A stretch of DNA of 64,000 nt from a virus: the IMG/VR virus record IMGVR_UViG_3300019477_000133, positions 6,076-70,075 of that record; one strand, given 5' to 3'. Both the position numbers and the translations under genes were made by a program. How positions within the stretch are numbered: the first letter of the stretch is position 1; each line of letters opens with the position of its first letter. The notes beneath the pieces were generated by a model. That model made no database searches and was not told where the DNA came from. It saw only the letters and a program-made list of their open reading frames with translations. Below are positions 9,503 to 18,917 of the stretch, in pieces.

Positions 9503-12316
9503 ATGACAAGTAACGTAAAAAGGCATGTGCAGCTGCCAAGAAGCTCACAAAAAGGTAAGAAACCTACAGCAGAAGATTTAAAGTATGGCGAAATTGCTGT
9601 TAACTTTAACGTTGAAGACCCATTCCTCGCTATGAAGGGAAGTGACGACTCAATTATCACAATGGGTTTTAAAGATGGTAAAACTGGACCATGGAAAAAA
9701 GGTGAAGGTGAATATTCTGCAGTGTTAGATAATGGTACACCAACCAGTCCTATTGATACAGTGAATACTGCTACAAAAAGGTATGCTACAGCTGAGGGTA
9801 AAGGTAGTACAGCAAGTGGTGATTACTCTCATGCTGAAGGTAGAGGTACTACAGCAAGTGGTGAAAGTTCTCATGCTGAAGGACAAAATACTACAGCAAG
9901 TGGTGATTCTGCCCATGCTGAAGGCTATAATACTACTGCCAGTGGAATAAATTCTCACGCTGAGGGTAAACATACTACCGCAAGTTTATTTTATTCTCAT
10001 GCAGAGGGTAATAATACTACTGCGAGCGGTGAAAGTTCTCATGCAGAGGGTAATAATACTACTGCAAGCGGTAGTAGGTCTCATGCTGAGGGTAATAATA
10101 CTACTGCGAGCGGTGAAAGTTCTCATGCAGAGGGTAATGGCACTACAGCAAGTGGTAATGCATCTCATGCGGAAGGATATGAAACTACAGCAGATGGAGA
10201 AAATTCTCATGCTGAAGGTAATGATACTACAGCAAATGGAAGTCAATCACATTCTGAAGGTGCTGGTACTAAAGCAATAGGAAGACAATCACATGCGGAA
10301 GGTAATTACACAATAGCAAGCGGTGAAAATTCTCATGCTGAGGGAAATTACACCACAGTCAAAGGTACCAACTCTCATGGAGAAGGAAATCATAAGGTAG
10401 ATTTGATATTAGTTAAAAATATTGCAGTTGGTGATACAAAAATTATTATTGAAAGTAAACGAATGAATATTCCTTCTAATGAGGATTATATTAAAAATTG
10501 TTATATTACAGATGATAATAACATATATAATATTTTAACCATTTCATCATATAATGGAACATTGCCAGCTAATTTCCAAGGTCTTGCAAAAGAAATAACA
10601 GTAGATAAACCTTTGGAAAAAGTATCTAATAATGATACCAATAATCCTACATTTACTTCAGATATATATTCATTTGTAAATATAGCCGTAGGAGAAATAG
10701 ATGGTGGACATTCAGAAGGTAAAAATAATATTGTTTTAGGAGAAGCTGGGCATGCAGAAGGTAAATTTACGATGGCTAAAGGTAGAACATCTCATGCGGA
10801 AGGGTGTAAGACTACGGCAATTGGTGATTATTCACATGTGGAAGGATATACTACTACTGCAGAAGGTATATATTCTCATGCCGAGGGTTATCTAACTAAA
10901 GCAAAAGGTAAAATGTCTCATTCAGAAGGGCTTAGTACCACAGCAGAAGGCGAGAAATCTCACTCAGAAGGAGAGAGTACAACTGCAAGTGGCAGTTATT
11001 CTCACGCAGAAGGTAGTCGCTCCACAGCAAGTGGTAAGAGTTCTCACGCTGAGGGTAATAATACAACTGCAAGTGGACTTTCTTCTCACTCAGAGGGTGA
11101 TTCTACGAGAGCTACTGGTCGATATTCTCACGCAGAAGGTTTTAATACAAATAGTGCAGCAGACTACTCTCACACAGAAGGTGGTGGTGGTATTGCTATT
11201 AGTGTCGCAAGTCACGTAGAAGGTTTACATTATCATGCTTTACAAATAACAGATGACATTGCCGTTGGAAGTACTGAAATGTTTATCTTAGCTTCGGAAG
11301 ATTATTCAGTCAACTTAAATTATTATAAGAATTGTATAATAACGGATAATACTAATACCGTAGCTATTGATGTATTAAGTGCAGAATATGCCTATAATAC
11401 TAAGTTTACCGAATCGAATGAAAACAAACGTATAAAGTTAACTTTAAAAGAAGCATTACCTAAAGCATCTACACGTGCGGAACAAACTGAAGATAACCAA
11501 AAAGATGGATACTTTTATACATGGGATTACAGTATACAGAATAAGGGTACTATAGGAAATTATGGTAGCCACGCAGAAGGGTCATACACAATGGTATATG
11601 AAGATTCTGGTCACGCTGAGGGTAAACTTTCTATATCTAAGGGTAAAATGTCTCACGCTGAGGGTTATCGTACAATTGCAGATGGTAGTGCTGCTCATGC
11701 CGAAGGTTATCAAACAATAGCAAAGGGTGTTAATTCACATGCGGAGGGCGAAAATACTACAGCAAATGGTAATAATTCTCATGCAAGTGGGTTCCACACA
11801 ACAGTTGAAAATGATTCAGAATTTGCTTGTGGTAAATACAATAAGTTTAATGTAAATCAAATTTTTTCAATTGGTGTTGGTACAGCTGATAATGCGAGAA
11901 AAAATGCTTTATATATAACTACAGATGGTGTTATTGGTGGAGATTCACAATTAACTAATGGTGGCACTTCAATGTTTGGTTTGAAGATAAATGGTGGTAT
12001 TCAGGCAAGCGAGGGTATGATATCGCCTACTTATTTAAATTCTTCAGATGAGAGATTAAAGAAGGATATTGAAACAATATCAGAAGATGACATTGATAAA
12101 GTTAAAAATGTTAATTTAAAATCATATGTATTTAAGTCTGATAATAGCAAACATTATGGTGTTATTGCACAAGATGTTGAAAAAGCAGGTTTATCAGAAT
12201 TAGTTACCAATAGTTCTGATGGAATGAAATCTGTTGATTATATTTCTTTATTAATTTTGAAGATTTCAGAATTGGAAAATGAAATAAAGAATTTAAAAGA
12301 ACAGATTAAAAAATAA
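9503..12316 (+). CDS. tail fibre / tailspike with SHAEG-type repeats and a C-terminal intramolecular chaperone (peptidase S74) domain
   Basis: dozens of 14-aa repeats SHAEGnnTTASGxx; C-terminal ...SDERLKKDIETIS...GVIAQDVEK... resembles the S74 autoproteolytic chaperone. Confidence 0.65.
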   Translation: MTSNVKRHVQLPRSSQKGKKPTAEDLKYGEIAVNFNVEDPFLAMKGSDDSIITMGFKDGKTGPWKKGEGEYSAVLDNGTPTSPIDTVNTATKRYATAEGKGSTASGDYSHAEGRGTTASGESSHAEGQNTTASGDSAHAEGYNTTASGINSHAEGKHTTASLFYSHAEGNNTTASGESSHAEGNNTTASGSRSHAEGNNTTASGESSHAEGNGTTASGNASHAEGYETTADGENSHAEGNDTTANGSQSHSEGAGTKAIGRQSHAEGNYTIASGENSHAEGNYTTVKGTNSHGEGNHKVDLILVKNIAVGDTKIIIESKRMNIPSNEDYIKNCYITDDNNIYNILTISSYNGTLPANFQGLAKEITVDKPLEKVSNNDTNNPTFTSDIYSFVNIAVGEIDGGHSEGKNNIVLGEAGHAEGKFTMAKGRTSHAEGCKTTAIGDYSHVEGYTTTAEGIYSHAEGYLTKAKGKMSHSEGLSTTAEGEKSHSEGESTTASGSYSHAEGSRSTASGKSSHAEGNNTTASGLSSHSEGDSTRATGRYSHAEGFNTNSAADYSHTEGGGGIAISVASHVEGLHYHALQITDDIAVGSTEMFILASEDYSVNLNYYKNCIITDNTNTVAIDVLSAEYAYNTKFTESNENKRIKLTLKEALPKASTRAEQTEDNQKDGYFYTWDYSIQNKGTIGNYGSHAEGSYTMVYEDSGHAEGKLSISKGKMSHAEGYRTIADGSAAHAEGYQTIAKGVNSHAEGENTTANGNNSHASGFHTTVENDSEFACGKYNKFNVNQIFSIGVGTADNARKNALYITTDGVIGGDSQLTNGGTSMFGLKINGGIQASEGMISPTYLNSSDERLKKDIETISEDDIDKVKNVNLKSYVFKSDNSKHYGVIAQDVEKAGLSELVTNSSDGMKSVDYISLLILKISELENEIKNLKEQIKK
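9815..10390 (+). repeat. tandem 42-nt (14-aa) coding repeats inside the tail fibre gene; further blocks at about 10748-11183 and 11543-11813
   Basis: periodic tctcatgctgagggtaataatactactgcgagcggtgaaagt-type units. Confidence 0.6.
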
Positions 12317-12352
12317 TATAATAATTACATAACAGGGGTAAGAAAAATATCC

Positions 12353-13303
12353 TTGTTATGTTTTTTAATTTTATTAAACAATATGATATGTGCACATGAT
12401 TTATTTACATATGCAGGTGTAGACAATGGATTTCCAATAGGAGGAGTATTGAAAGGTTATAAAGGATTATGGAAATGTCAAGAACGCAATGAAGAACAGC
12501 TTTACAATTTAGGTGTAAGAGTTTTTGATTGTAGAATCTTTTGGGATGATAATTATTGGAGAGCGTGCCATGGTATTGTTAACCTAAGAGTTACATTTAA
12601 TACTTTGGATGACTTGTGTAAACATTTTGATGACATAGGTGATGGGGATTCTATATATAGAGTTATCTTAGAGAAAGATAATAATGGTGGTGAAACAAAG
12701 TTTAGGGAACAATCAGTAGGTTTATGTGCTAAACATCCTAATTTATGGACATTATTGATTAGATACAAGACCTCTAACTGGTTAAATGATGCTGGAATGG
12801 TAGACAACAATATAGATGGTTTAGTTTCTCGTGGGTATAATTTTGCTAAACTAATGGCATGGGAAAGACCAAATAAAGAATATAATGTACCACCTCCTAA
12901 TTTTAAAATAGAAAATATCACAAGGTATAGTGATTTTAGCATAAAAAGTAATGCTACTAATGGTTTTTTAGAGAATGGTGAATTTCATGAACCAAATCCT
13001 AACCCAACATCATGGGATATGGTTACTAATAAAAATTATGTATATTTTTTAGATTACGCTAACTTATTTATTGGTAATGATAGATGTTTAAATATAAAAG
13101 AATTATATAGTAGATTTGACCTTAATTATAAAGATAACAATGTGGATTTAAAAGAGGTTATTACTGAAAGTGATTTTGGACATAAATTATATAGAATACC
13201 AACAAAAAGTGAATTAAAAGAGATACCCCATTTTATTATCAACAATGAAGAAAGATATAAAGATAATCAATTAGTATTCGGTTCGGATATTACATACAGA
13301 TAA
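12353..13303 (+). CDS. PLC-like phosphodiesterase (PI-PLC X-domain-like) protein
   Basis: motifs CAHD and GVRVFDCRIF...ACHG resemble the bacterial PI-PLC catalytic region (HD ... RxFDxR ... HG); a paralog is at 34704-35348. Confidence 0.4.
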   Translation: MLCFLILLNNMICAHDLFTYAGVDNGFPIGGVLKGYKGLWKCQERNEEQLYNLGVRVFDCRIFWDDNYWRACHGIVNLRVTFNTLDDLCKHFDDIGDGDSIYRVILEKDNNGGETKFREQSVGLCAKHPNLWTLLIRYKTSNWLNDAGMVDNNIDGLVSRGYNFAKLMAWERPNKEYNVPPPNFKIENITRYSDFSIKSNATNGFLENGEFHEPNPNPTSWDMVTNKNYVYFLDYANLFIGNDRCLNIKELYSRFDLNYKDNNVDLKEVITESDFGHKLYRIPTKSELKEIPHFIINNEERYKDNQLVFGSDITYR

Positions 13304-13402
13304 AAAATCCTCCTATTTTATGGGGGATTTTTTTGGTTTTTATAAAAATATTTTGTATCTTTGCACATATTAATTAATTATACATTATATTTTAGAATAA
13401 TA

Positions 13403-14257
13403 ATGAAGAAGAAATATAAGGATATTCCTGGTATGTTTGAAATAAAAGGTGAACCGAAGATTGTAACCGAAATTCGTGCAACCATATTAGATAAGTTCAA
13501 AGATTTGGTTTTTGAAGAAGAACCACATATATATTATTTGAAGAATGACAGAAATAAATTATTCAAATCTGTCACAACACGACTTGGTGAATTTGAACAA
13601 GAGTTTGATTTAGAGACACGAGCTGCCAAACATGCTGAAAAATATGGTAATACTAAAGAGTATTGGAAAGATAATTGGAAAATTAATAATTTAAAAGCAA
13701 CTATAACGGGAACATTATGCCATGAGTATGGTGAATCTTTAGCATACGTAAACGCTGGACACCCAGAACTTATTTTAGATAGTTGCAAACGCAAATATAT
13801 TAAAGATAAAAACTGGTTGATTCCAACACACCCAAAGCAAGAAGCAATACATAAATTTCAATCAGAACTGCATCCAGACTTGCATTTAGTTTTAGCGGAA
13901 GCTAAGATGTTTACAGAAGGACTCAAACAAAATTTAGCAGGTACTGCGGATATATTGTTTTATTACGACGACCCAAAAGGAGAAAAGAGTGGGTTGTGCA
14001 TCTATGATTATAAGACGAATAAAGAATTAACCAAAGCATATAATCGACAAGTTGGTAAGACACTTTTACCTCCATTTGATGATTATATTGAAGAACCTCA
14101 ATCGGTATACACACTTCAATTATCCACATACGCTATCCCATTGCAAGACTTAGGTTTTAAAATTATAACAAGAAGACTAGTTTATTTAAAACCAGATGGC
14201 AACTATGAAATTATACCTCTTGCAGATGAATCAGAACGATTAAGAAAAATATTATAA
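13403..14257 (+). CDS. PD-(D/E)XK family nuclease. Start taken at the ATG at 13403 (MKKKYKD); the ORF track begins at a TTG at 13361.
   Basis: GTADILFYYDD...LCIYDYKT matches PD-(D/E)XK motifs II-III. Confidence 0.45.
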   Translation: MKKKYKDIPGMFEIKGEPKIVTEIRATILDKFKDLVFEEEPHIYYLKNDRNKLFKSVTTRLGEFEQEFDLETRAAKHAEKYGNTKEYWKDNWKINNLKATITGTLCHEYGESLAYVNAGHPELILDSCKRKYIKDKNWLIPTHPKQEAIHKFQSELHPDLHLVLAEAKMFTEGLKQNLAGTADILFYYDDPKGEKSGLCIYDYKTNKELTKAYNRQVGKTLLPPFDDYIEEPQSVYTLQLSTYAIPLQDLGFKIITRRLVYLKPDGNYEIIPLADESERLRKIL

Positions 14258-14259
14258 CA

Positions 14260-14478
14260 ATGGAACAGAAAAAGTATACATTAATCAAACCTTATACGGT
14301 TGATGGATTAGGAACCTTACCAGAGGGTTCAGATATTATTTTATTTAGAGGACTTGTTTATTTTAACGGTGGTTTGTGTAGTAATTATCATGCACAAATT
14401 TTAACTAATCTAATTAATGATAATAAGTTACGAAATGAATATTTGAAAGAGACTCCACCCATTATGAATAAAGTATAA
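14260..14478 (+). CDS. hypothetical protein
   Basis: 72-aa ORF followed by a terminator. Confidence 0.3.
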   Translation: MEQKKYTLIKPYTVDGLGTLPEGSDIILFRGLVYFNGGLCSNYHAQILTNLINDNKLRNEYLKETPPIMNKV

Positions 14479-14482
14479 TACG

Positions 14483-14519
14483 AAAGCCTGAATTAATAAT
14501 TCGGGCTTTAAGTTTTTTT
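14483..14519 (+). terminator. rho-independent terminator
   Basis: aagcctgaatt...aattcgggctt hairpin followed by a T7 run. Confidence 0.6.
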
Positions 14520-14583
14520 AATACTTTAAATTTGTGATATAATAAAAAATATTGTAATTTTGCAGTATTAAAATAATAAGATT

Positions 14584-15186
14584 GTGGATATAATACAAGA
14601 TATTAATTTGTATAATGAAATAGATAAATACGATGTTATATTGATAGGTACCAATATATATAACACTTTATCTCAAGGTTTTCAAAGAGATATAATGTTA
14701 CATTACCCTTTGGTTCATGAAACAAATCTAAGAACTAATTATGGTGATAGAAGAAAGTTAGGCACTATCAAAGAATGTAATATTGGACACACATTATTTT
14801 CATTGTGCTTTATTACTAAAAGTATGAATTTTAGACCAGACATCGAAAAGGATTACTTAGACTATGACGCACTTGAAAGGTGTTTAAAATTAGCATGTGT
14901 TTTGTATAAAGGTAAGAAGATAGCCACCACTCTTATTGGGGGTAGTAGATTTGATGGAAATGGAGATAAAGATAAAATACTCACGATTATAAAAAATACT
15001 TGTAAAGATGTAGATATAACAATATATGATTATCATCAACTATCTAAGCAAGAAAAGAAGAAATTAGAATACAAAGAAGAACAACTTTTGAAGAAAACAG
15101 ACTATAAGAAGTATCGAGAAGTAGTTTCAGAAAGAAAAAAACGAGAGAATAAAATAAAATCTCTCAACGGACATGTCAAATATTAA
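14584..15186 (+). CDS. hypothetical protein (GTG start)
   Basis: 200-aa ORF. Confidence 0.4.
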   Translation: MDIIQDINLYNEIDKYDVILIGTNIYNTLSQGFQRDIMLHYPLVHETNLRTNYGDRRKLGTIKECNIGHTLFSLCFITKSMNFRPDIEKDYLDYDALERCLKLACVLYKGKKIATTLIGGSRFDGNGDKDKILTIIKNTCKDVDITIYDYHQLSKQEKKKLEYKEEQLLKKTDYKKYREVVSERKKRENKIKSLNGHVKY

Positions 15187-15205
15187 AAAAAAATAGTTAT
15201 AAAAT

Positions 15206-15565
15206 ATGATTAAACATATAGAATTAACAAAAGACCACGTAAAGTTATTACATTTTCTTTATTGGCAAATTGATGGTGATAATAAAATTTTCGTAGATAG
15301 AACTCATCTATTCAATTTAGGTTCTCATTTATTAGAGGATATGGCTATGATACTTGGTATGCAAGATACTGCAATAAAGGGTACAGAGGAATCACCAGAC
15401 GGTCGTGCTTTTCCAGAAGAAATAGAGGAATATCTCCTTGGACTGCATAAATATATTGCCGATAACTTATATTATATATTAAGCCTGATTACGACATTCC
15501 AAGGTAATCTAACCGAAGGTAAGTATAAATGTAAGGATAATGATTTGATTTGGACAAAAGAATAA
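15206..15565 (+). CDS. hypothetical protein
   Basis: 119-aa ORF. Confidence 0.4.
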   Translation: MIKHIELTKDHVKLLHFLYWQIDGDNKIFVDRTHLFNLGSHLLEDMAMILGMQDTAIKGTEESPDGRAFPEEIEEYLLGLHKYIADNLYYILSLITTFQGNLTEGKYKCKDNDLIWTKE

Positions 15566-15626
15566 AGACAAAGTGTCATATTCATAAAGTTCCATCTGCC
15601 ATTTTGTCTAATTTAAATAGTCAAAT

Positions 15627-16526
15627 ATGTTCATAAACTTAAAGATTGGTGGTGGTATTAAAGAACGTTCTGAAAGTACCATCAGATATTTCAATGATAT
15701 AAAAAGCTTCCCTATTCTTTCTAAGAAAGAAGAAAGCGATTTGCTTTATACAGTTCATAACGGTTCTGAAAAAGAAGCAATAGAAGCAAGAAACAAACTT
15801 ATCAGTTGCCATCAACGCTTTGTTGTAGCATCTGCTAAACGCCAAATGACACCAGGAGTAGAATTGGTTGATTTAGTTAATGAAGCTAATATTGGTCTAA
15901 TGGAAGCAATTGAAAAGTTTGACCCTAAGAAAAATAGTAAACTTTTATCTTATGCTGCTTATTATATCAAAAGAAATATTGACCAATTCAAAATAAGTTA
16001 CGGAAAAGTAGTGCGTAAGAAAAATGGAGAAAGAATTTATCATTCAGTAGCTAAAACAAGAAGTAAATTAGCACAACAGTTAGAACGTGAACCAACTACA
16101 GATGAAATATCGCAAGCTTTAAAGAAACAATATGGTATCAGAGTACGAAATGCTAATGATATAATTGATGTTAGACTTACACGAATTGATAATAATGAAG
16201 ATAATGAAGAATGTAATGATTATTCATTATCAGAAATGTATGAATTTAACCAAGCAACAGCAGATTTAAATAACTATAATAATACTGTTAATAGGGAAGA
16301 TAAATTATATCGCTCTTCACTAATAATGAGTTGTTTAAATAAACGTGAACGAGATATTATTAAAGAAATATATGGTATAGGTAGTCTTAATAATGATAAT
16401 GAGGAAAGTGATTTAAAATATAACTCGTTGGCAAAAAAATATGGTCTAACAAAAGAAAGAATTAGACAAATACATAGAGAATCTATTCAGAAAATGAAAG
16501 AATATGTTGAAGAACATTCAATATAA
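15627..16526 (+). CDS. RNA polymerase sigma factor (sigma-70 family)
   Basis: region 2-like IGLMEAIEKFDPKKNSKLLSYAAYYIKRNI and region 4-like helix-turn-helix LAKKYGLTKERIRQIHRESIQKM. Confidence 0.75.
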   Translation: MFINLKIGGGIKERSESTIRYFNDIKSFPILSKKEESDLLYTVHNGSEKEAIEARNKLISCHQRFVVASAKRQMTPGVELVDLVNEANIGLMEAIEKFDPKKNSKLLSYAAYYIKRNIDQFKISYGKVVRKKNGERIYHSVAKTRSKLAQQLEREPTTDEISQALKKQYGIRVRNANDIIDVRLTRIDNNEDNEECNDYSLSEMYEFNQATADLNNYNNTVNREDKLYRSSLIMSCLNKRERDIIKEIYGIGSLNNDNEESDLKYNSLAKKYGLTKERIRQIHRESIQKMKEYVEEHSI

Positions 16527-16528
16527 TA

Positions 16529-16555
16529 AAAAAGGTGGTAAGATTACCACCTTTT
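16529..16555. terminator. bidirectional intrinsic terminator between convergent genes
   Basis: aaaaaggtggtaagattaccacctttt perfect hairpin flanked by A and T runs. Confidence 0.6.
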
Positions 16556-16558
16556 ATG

Positions 16559-17035
16559 CTATTTCACTGGTATAATACCTTGAGAAATCATTTTATTAAG
16601 TTTTCTTGCAACTTTATATGTCATAGGGCGTTCATGTTTAAGAATTTTTCTTAACTGAGACTGGGCACCTTCTGGAGTATGAGAAGAAAATACCTTTCTT
16701 GCTGCAGCTGCTAAATCTAAAGTATCCATATTAATTTTAGAAATAATACTATTGGCAAGGTCTTTATTAACTTCAATATTGCTTCGCTTCCAATCATTAA
16801 AGTCATAACGTTGAGTACCACCACCAGAAAGTTTACGTGTTTTAATATCCTTTGTCTTTACAGGTTTCTTCTTATCTTTATTTTTACCACCAACACTATC
16901 AGCAGCCTTATCTCCTTTACGGCTCTTTAAGAAACGTTTAAAAGCATCTAAAACTTCCTTACTAACAGGACGTTTTGCTTCATTAATAAATATCTTATTT
17001 AATTCCTCATTAATTATAGAATCTATTGTATTCAT
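16559..17035 (-). CDS. hypothetical basic (Lys-rich) protein
   Basis: 158-aa minus-strand ORF. Confidence 0.45.
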   Translation of the reverse strand: MNTIDSIINEELNKIFINEAKRPVSKEVLDAFKRFLKSRKGDKAADSVGGKNKDKKKPVKTKDIKTRKLSGGGTQRYDFNDWKRSNIEVNKDLANSIISKINMDTLDLAAAARKVFSSHTPEGAQSQLRKILKHERPMTYKVARKLNKMISQGIIPVK

Positions 17036-17204
17036 TCTTACTTTTATTTAAACTTTAATTATCATATATAAATATTATATCAACCGCTGTTTTAAATAAA
17101 ATATGAATATAAAATAAAAATAAATGTTAATTTTAAAAGATATATTTGGTTTAGTGAAAATAAAATAGTATCTTTGCAACATAAAATTAAAAAAAAATAA
17201 AGAT

Positions 17205-18857
17205 ATGTCACAGAATTTATTTATCGAGGCAACAAAGTACAAACAGTATACTTTTACTGAGAATGGTGCACTTACAATGGCTTCAACAGGAAGCGAGTTA
17301 GCTAATCAGTTTGGTTTAGCTGGTAATTATCGTGGACGTAATATTTCAGATGTATTCTCAGACCAAGAGAAACTTTGGAATGAATCACATGAATATTCTA
17401 CACGTTTTCCTTTCTATCTGCGAATGATTACACGAAAGGTTAAAGTTAATAATGATACCACTACAGACAATGTACAGAGTGGACAAGGTCAGCGTGACGA
17501 AACTTTTAAAAGACTTCTGTGGCTTGCAAAGTATCATAAGGATACTTTCAATAATAACGTGTGGATTTTGCCTCTTATTGGGTCTTGGAAGGATTTATGG
17601 GCTATCATGTATTACGATGAGAAATTTGAAATCAATGCTATTGATAGAGAAATCATCTACAGAATAATTCATGAAGGACTCAAGTGTGATGCACATGTAA
17701 ATCTTGTTAAGAAGTTTATGCCTCGCATTAAGTCAAAATCTCACATTAAGACTGATTGGAATAAGCTTACAAATAAGTATGCCAAAGAATTTGCTAAGTT
17801 ATTCTCATTGTCTTACAAAGAGTATAATCATCTTAAGACTTCTGGAACATCTCATGATTTCCAAAAGTTGATGTGTTCAAGAAATTATGATAAGATTAAA
17901 TGGAATACAATTCCAGGACGTGCATTGAGTATAATTACCAATGGTAAATTCTTAGAGAATCATAACCTTATTGATTCATACACAGAGTGGGTTCTTAAGC
18001 AGGATAATATCAAGTTTACAGGTTATCCATATGAGTTAATCAAAAACTTGAAGAAACATTGTTACATTTATTATAATAGAAAGAATAATATTTCAGTTCT
18101 TCCTAAGTACATTACGACAACCATTAATAAGCAATTTAATGAGTTGATAGAAAAAGGTAAGAATGTCGGTGGTATCAATGGAAATGTATGGTGTGCATTA
18201 GACACATCTGGTTCTATGAACACAGGTGTACATGGTGATACTACAGCATTAGATATATGTCTTTCATTAGGACTTTATTTTTCAACACTTAATACAGGTG
18301 CATTCCATAAGAATGTAATCATGTTTGATGATACCTCTCGTGTATTGCAGCTTAAGGGTGAGTTCTGTGATATGATGAAGCAGATTCCTGATAATGCAAT
18401 GGGTGGAACTAATTTCCAATCAGTTGTTGATGAAATAGTAAGAATAAGAACTAAACATCCAGAGATTCCACTTACAGATTATCCTCAAACACTTTTAGTT
18501 GTATCAGATATGCAATTCAATGCCACAAATAATTATTGGATTCAATCTACAGATGTAGAAAATACGACGAATTATGAAGAGGCTAAGAAGAAGTTGAAGA
18601 GTGTATTCCCAGAGGAATTTGTTGATGAGTTCAGATTCATTTGGTGGAATTGTGCTTCTCGGCATACAGACTTCCCTGCAACAATTAAGGACGGAGGATG
18701 TTATTTCTTGAGTGGTTTTGATGGTTCTATTATTTCTTTACTGTTAGGTGGAGAAGAAGTAGATACCAACACAGGTGAGAAGAAGAAGTTAAGTATGGAA
18801 GAGTTAATGCATAAAGCACTTACTCAAGAGATTCTTAATTATATTGTAGTTGAATAA
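17205..18857 (+). CDS. vWA-domain protein with a TROVE/DUF2828-like N-terminus (Ro60-like architecture)
   Basis: MIDAS motif in WCALDTSGSMN followed by vWA-like alpha/beta segments; ~320-aa N-terminal helical region; promoter tatctttgcaac at 17169. Confidence 0.5.
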   Translation: MSQNLFIEATKYKQYTFTENGALTMASTGSELANQFGLAGNYRGRNISDVFSDQEKLWNESHEYSTRFPFYLRMITRKVKVNNDTTTDNVQSGQGQRDETFKRLLWLAKYHKDTFNNNVWILPLIGSWKDLWAIMYYDEKFEINAIDREIIYRIIHEGLKCDAHVNLVKKFMPRIKSKSHIKTDWNKLTNKYAKEFAKLFSLSYKEYNHLKTSGTSHDFQKLMCSRNYDKIKWNTIPGRALSIITNGKFLENHNLIDSYTEWVLKQDNIKFTGYPYELIKNLKKHCYIYYNRKNNISVLPKYITTTINKQFNELIEKGKNVGGINGNVWCALDTSGSMNTGVHGDTTALDICLSLGLYFSTLNTGAFHKNVIMFDDTSRVLQLKGEFCDMMKQIPDNAMGGTNFQSVVDEIVRIRTKHPEIPLTDYPQTLLVVSDMQFNATNNYWIQSTDVENTTNYEEAKKKLKSVFPEEFVDEFRFIWWNCASRHTDFPATIKDGGCYFLSGFDGSIISLLLGGEEVDTNTGEKKKLSMEELMHKALTQEILNYIVVE

Positions 18858-18917
18858 ATAACTATCAGGATGGTGTGGGATTTAAAAATTTCACATCATC
18901 CATAAAATAAAAGTTCT

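Noticed and set aside
9725-11219. ORFs 9725-9973 and 9986-10246 (minus strand) and 9999-10280 and 10989-11219 (alternative + frames) inside the tail fibre gene
   Set aside because: These are shadow ORFs created by the 42-nt tandem repeats with no independent support.
9503-12316. The 937-aa ORF as a possible Cas13b-size effector for the orphan arrays
   Set aside because: Its composition is SHAEG tandem repeats plus an S74 chaperone domain, so it is a tail fibre. There are no HEPN Rx4-6H motifs and it is not adjacent to any array.
13361-13402. TTG start at 13361 for the nuclease gene
   Set aside because: It overlaps the promoter motif tgtatctttgca. The ATG at 13403 (MKKKYKD) is the more plausible start.
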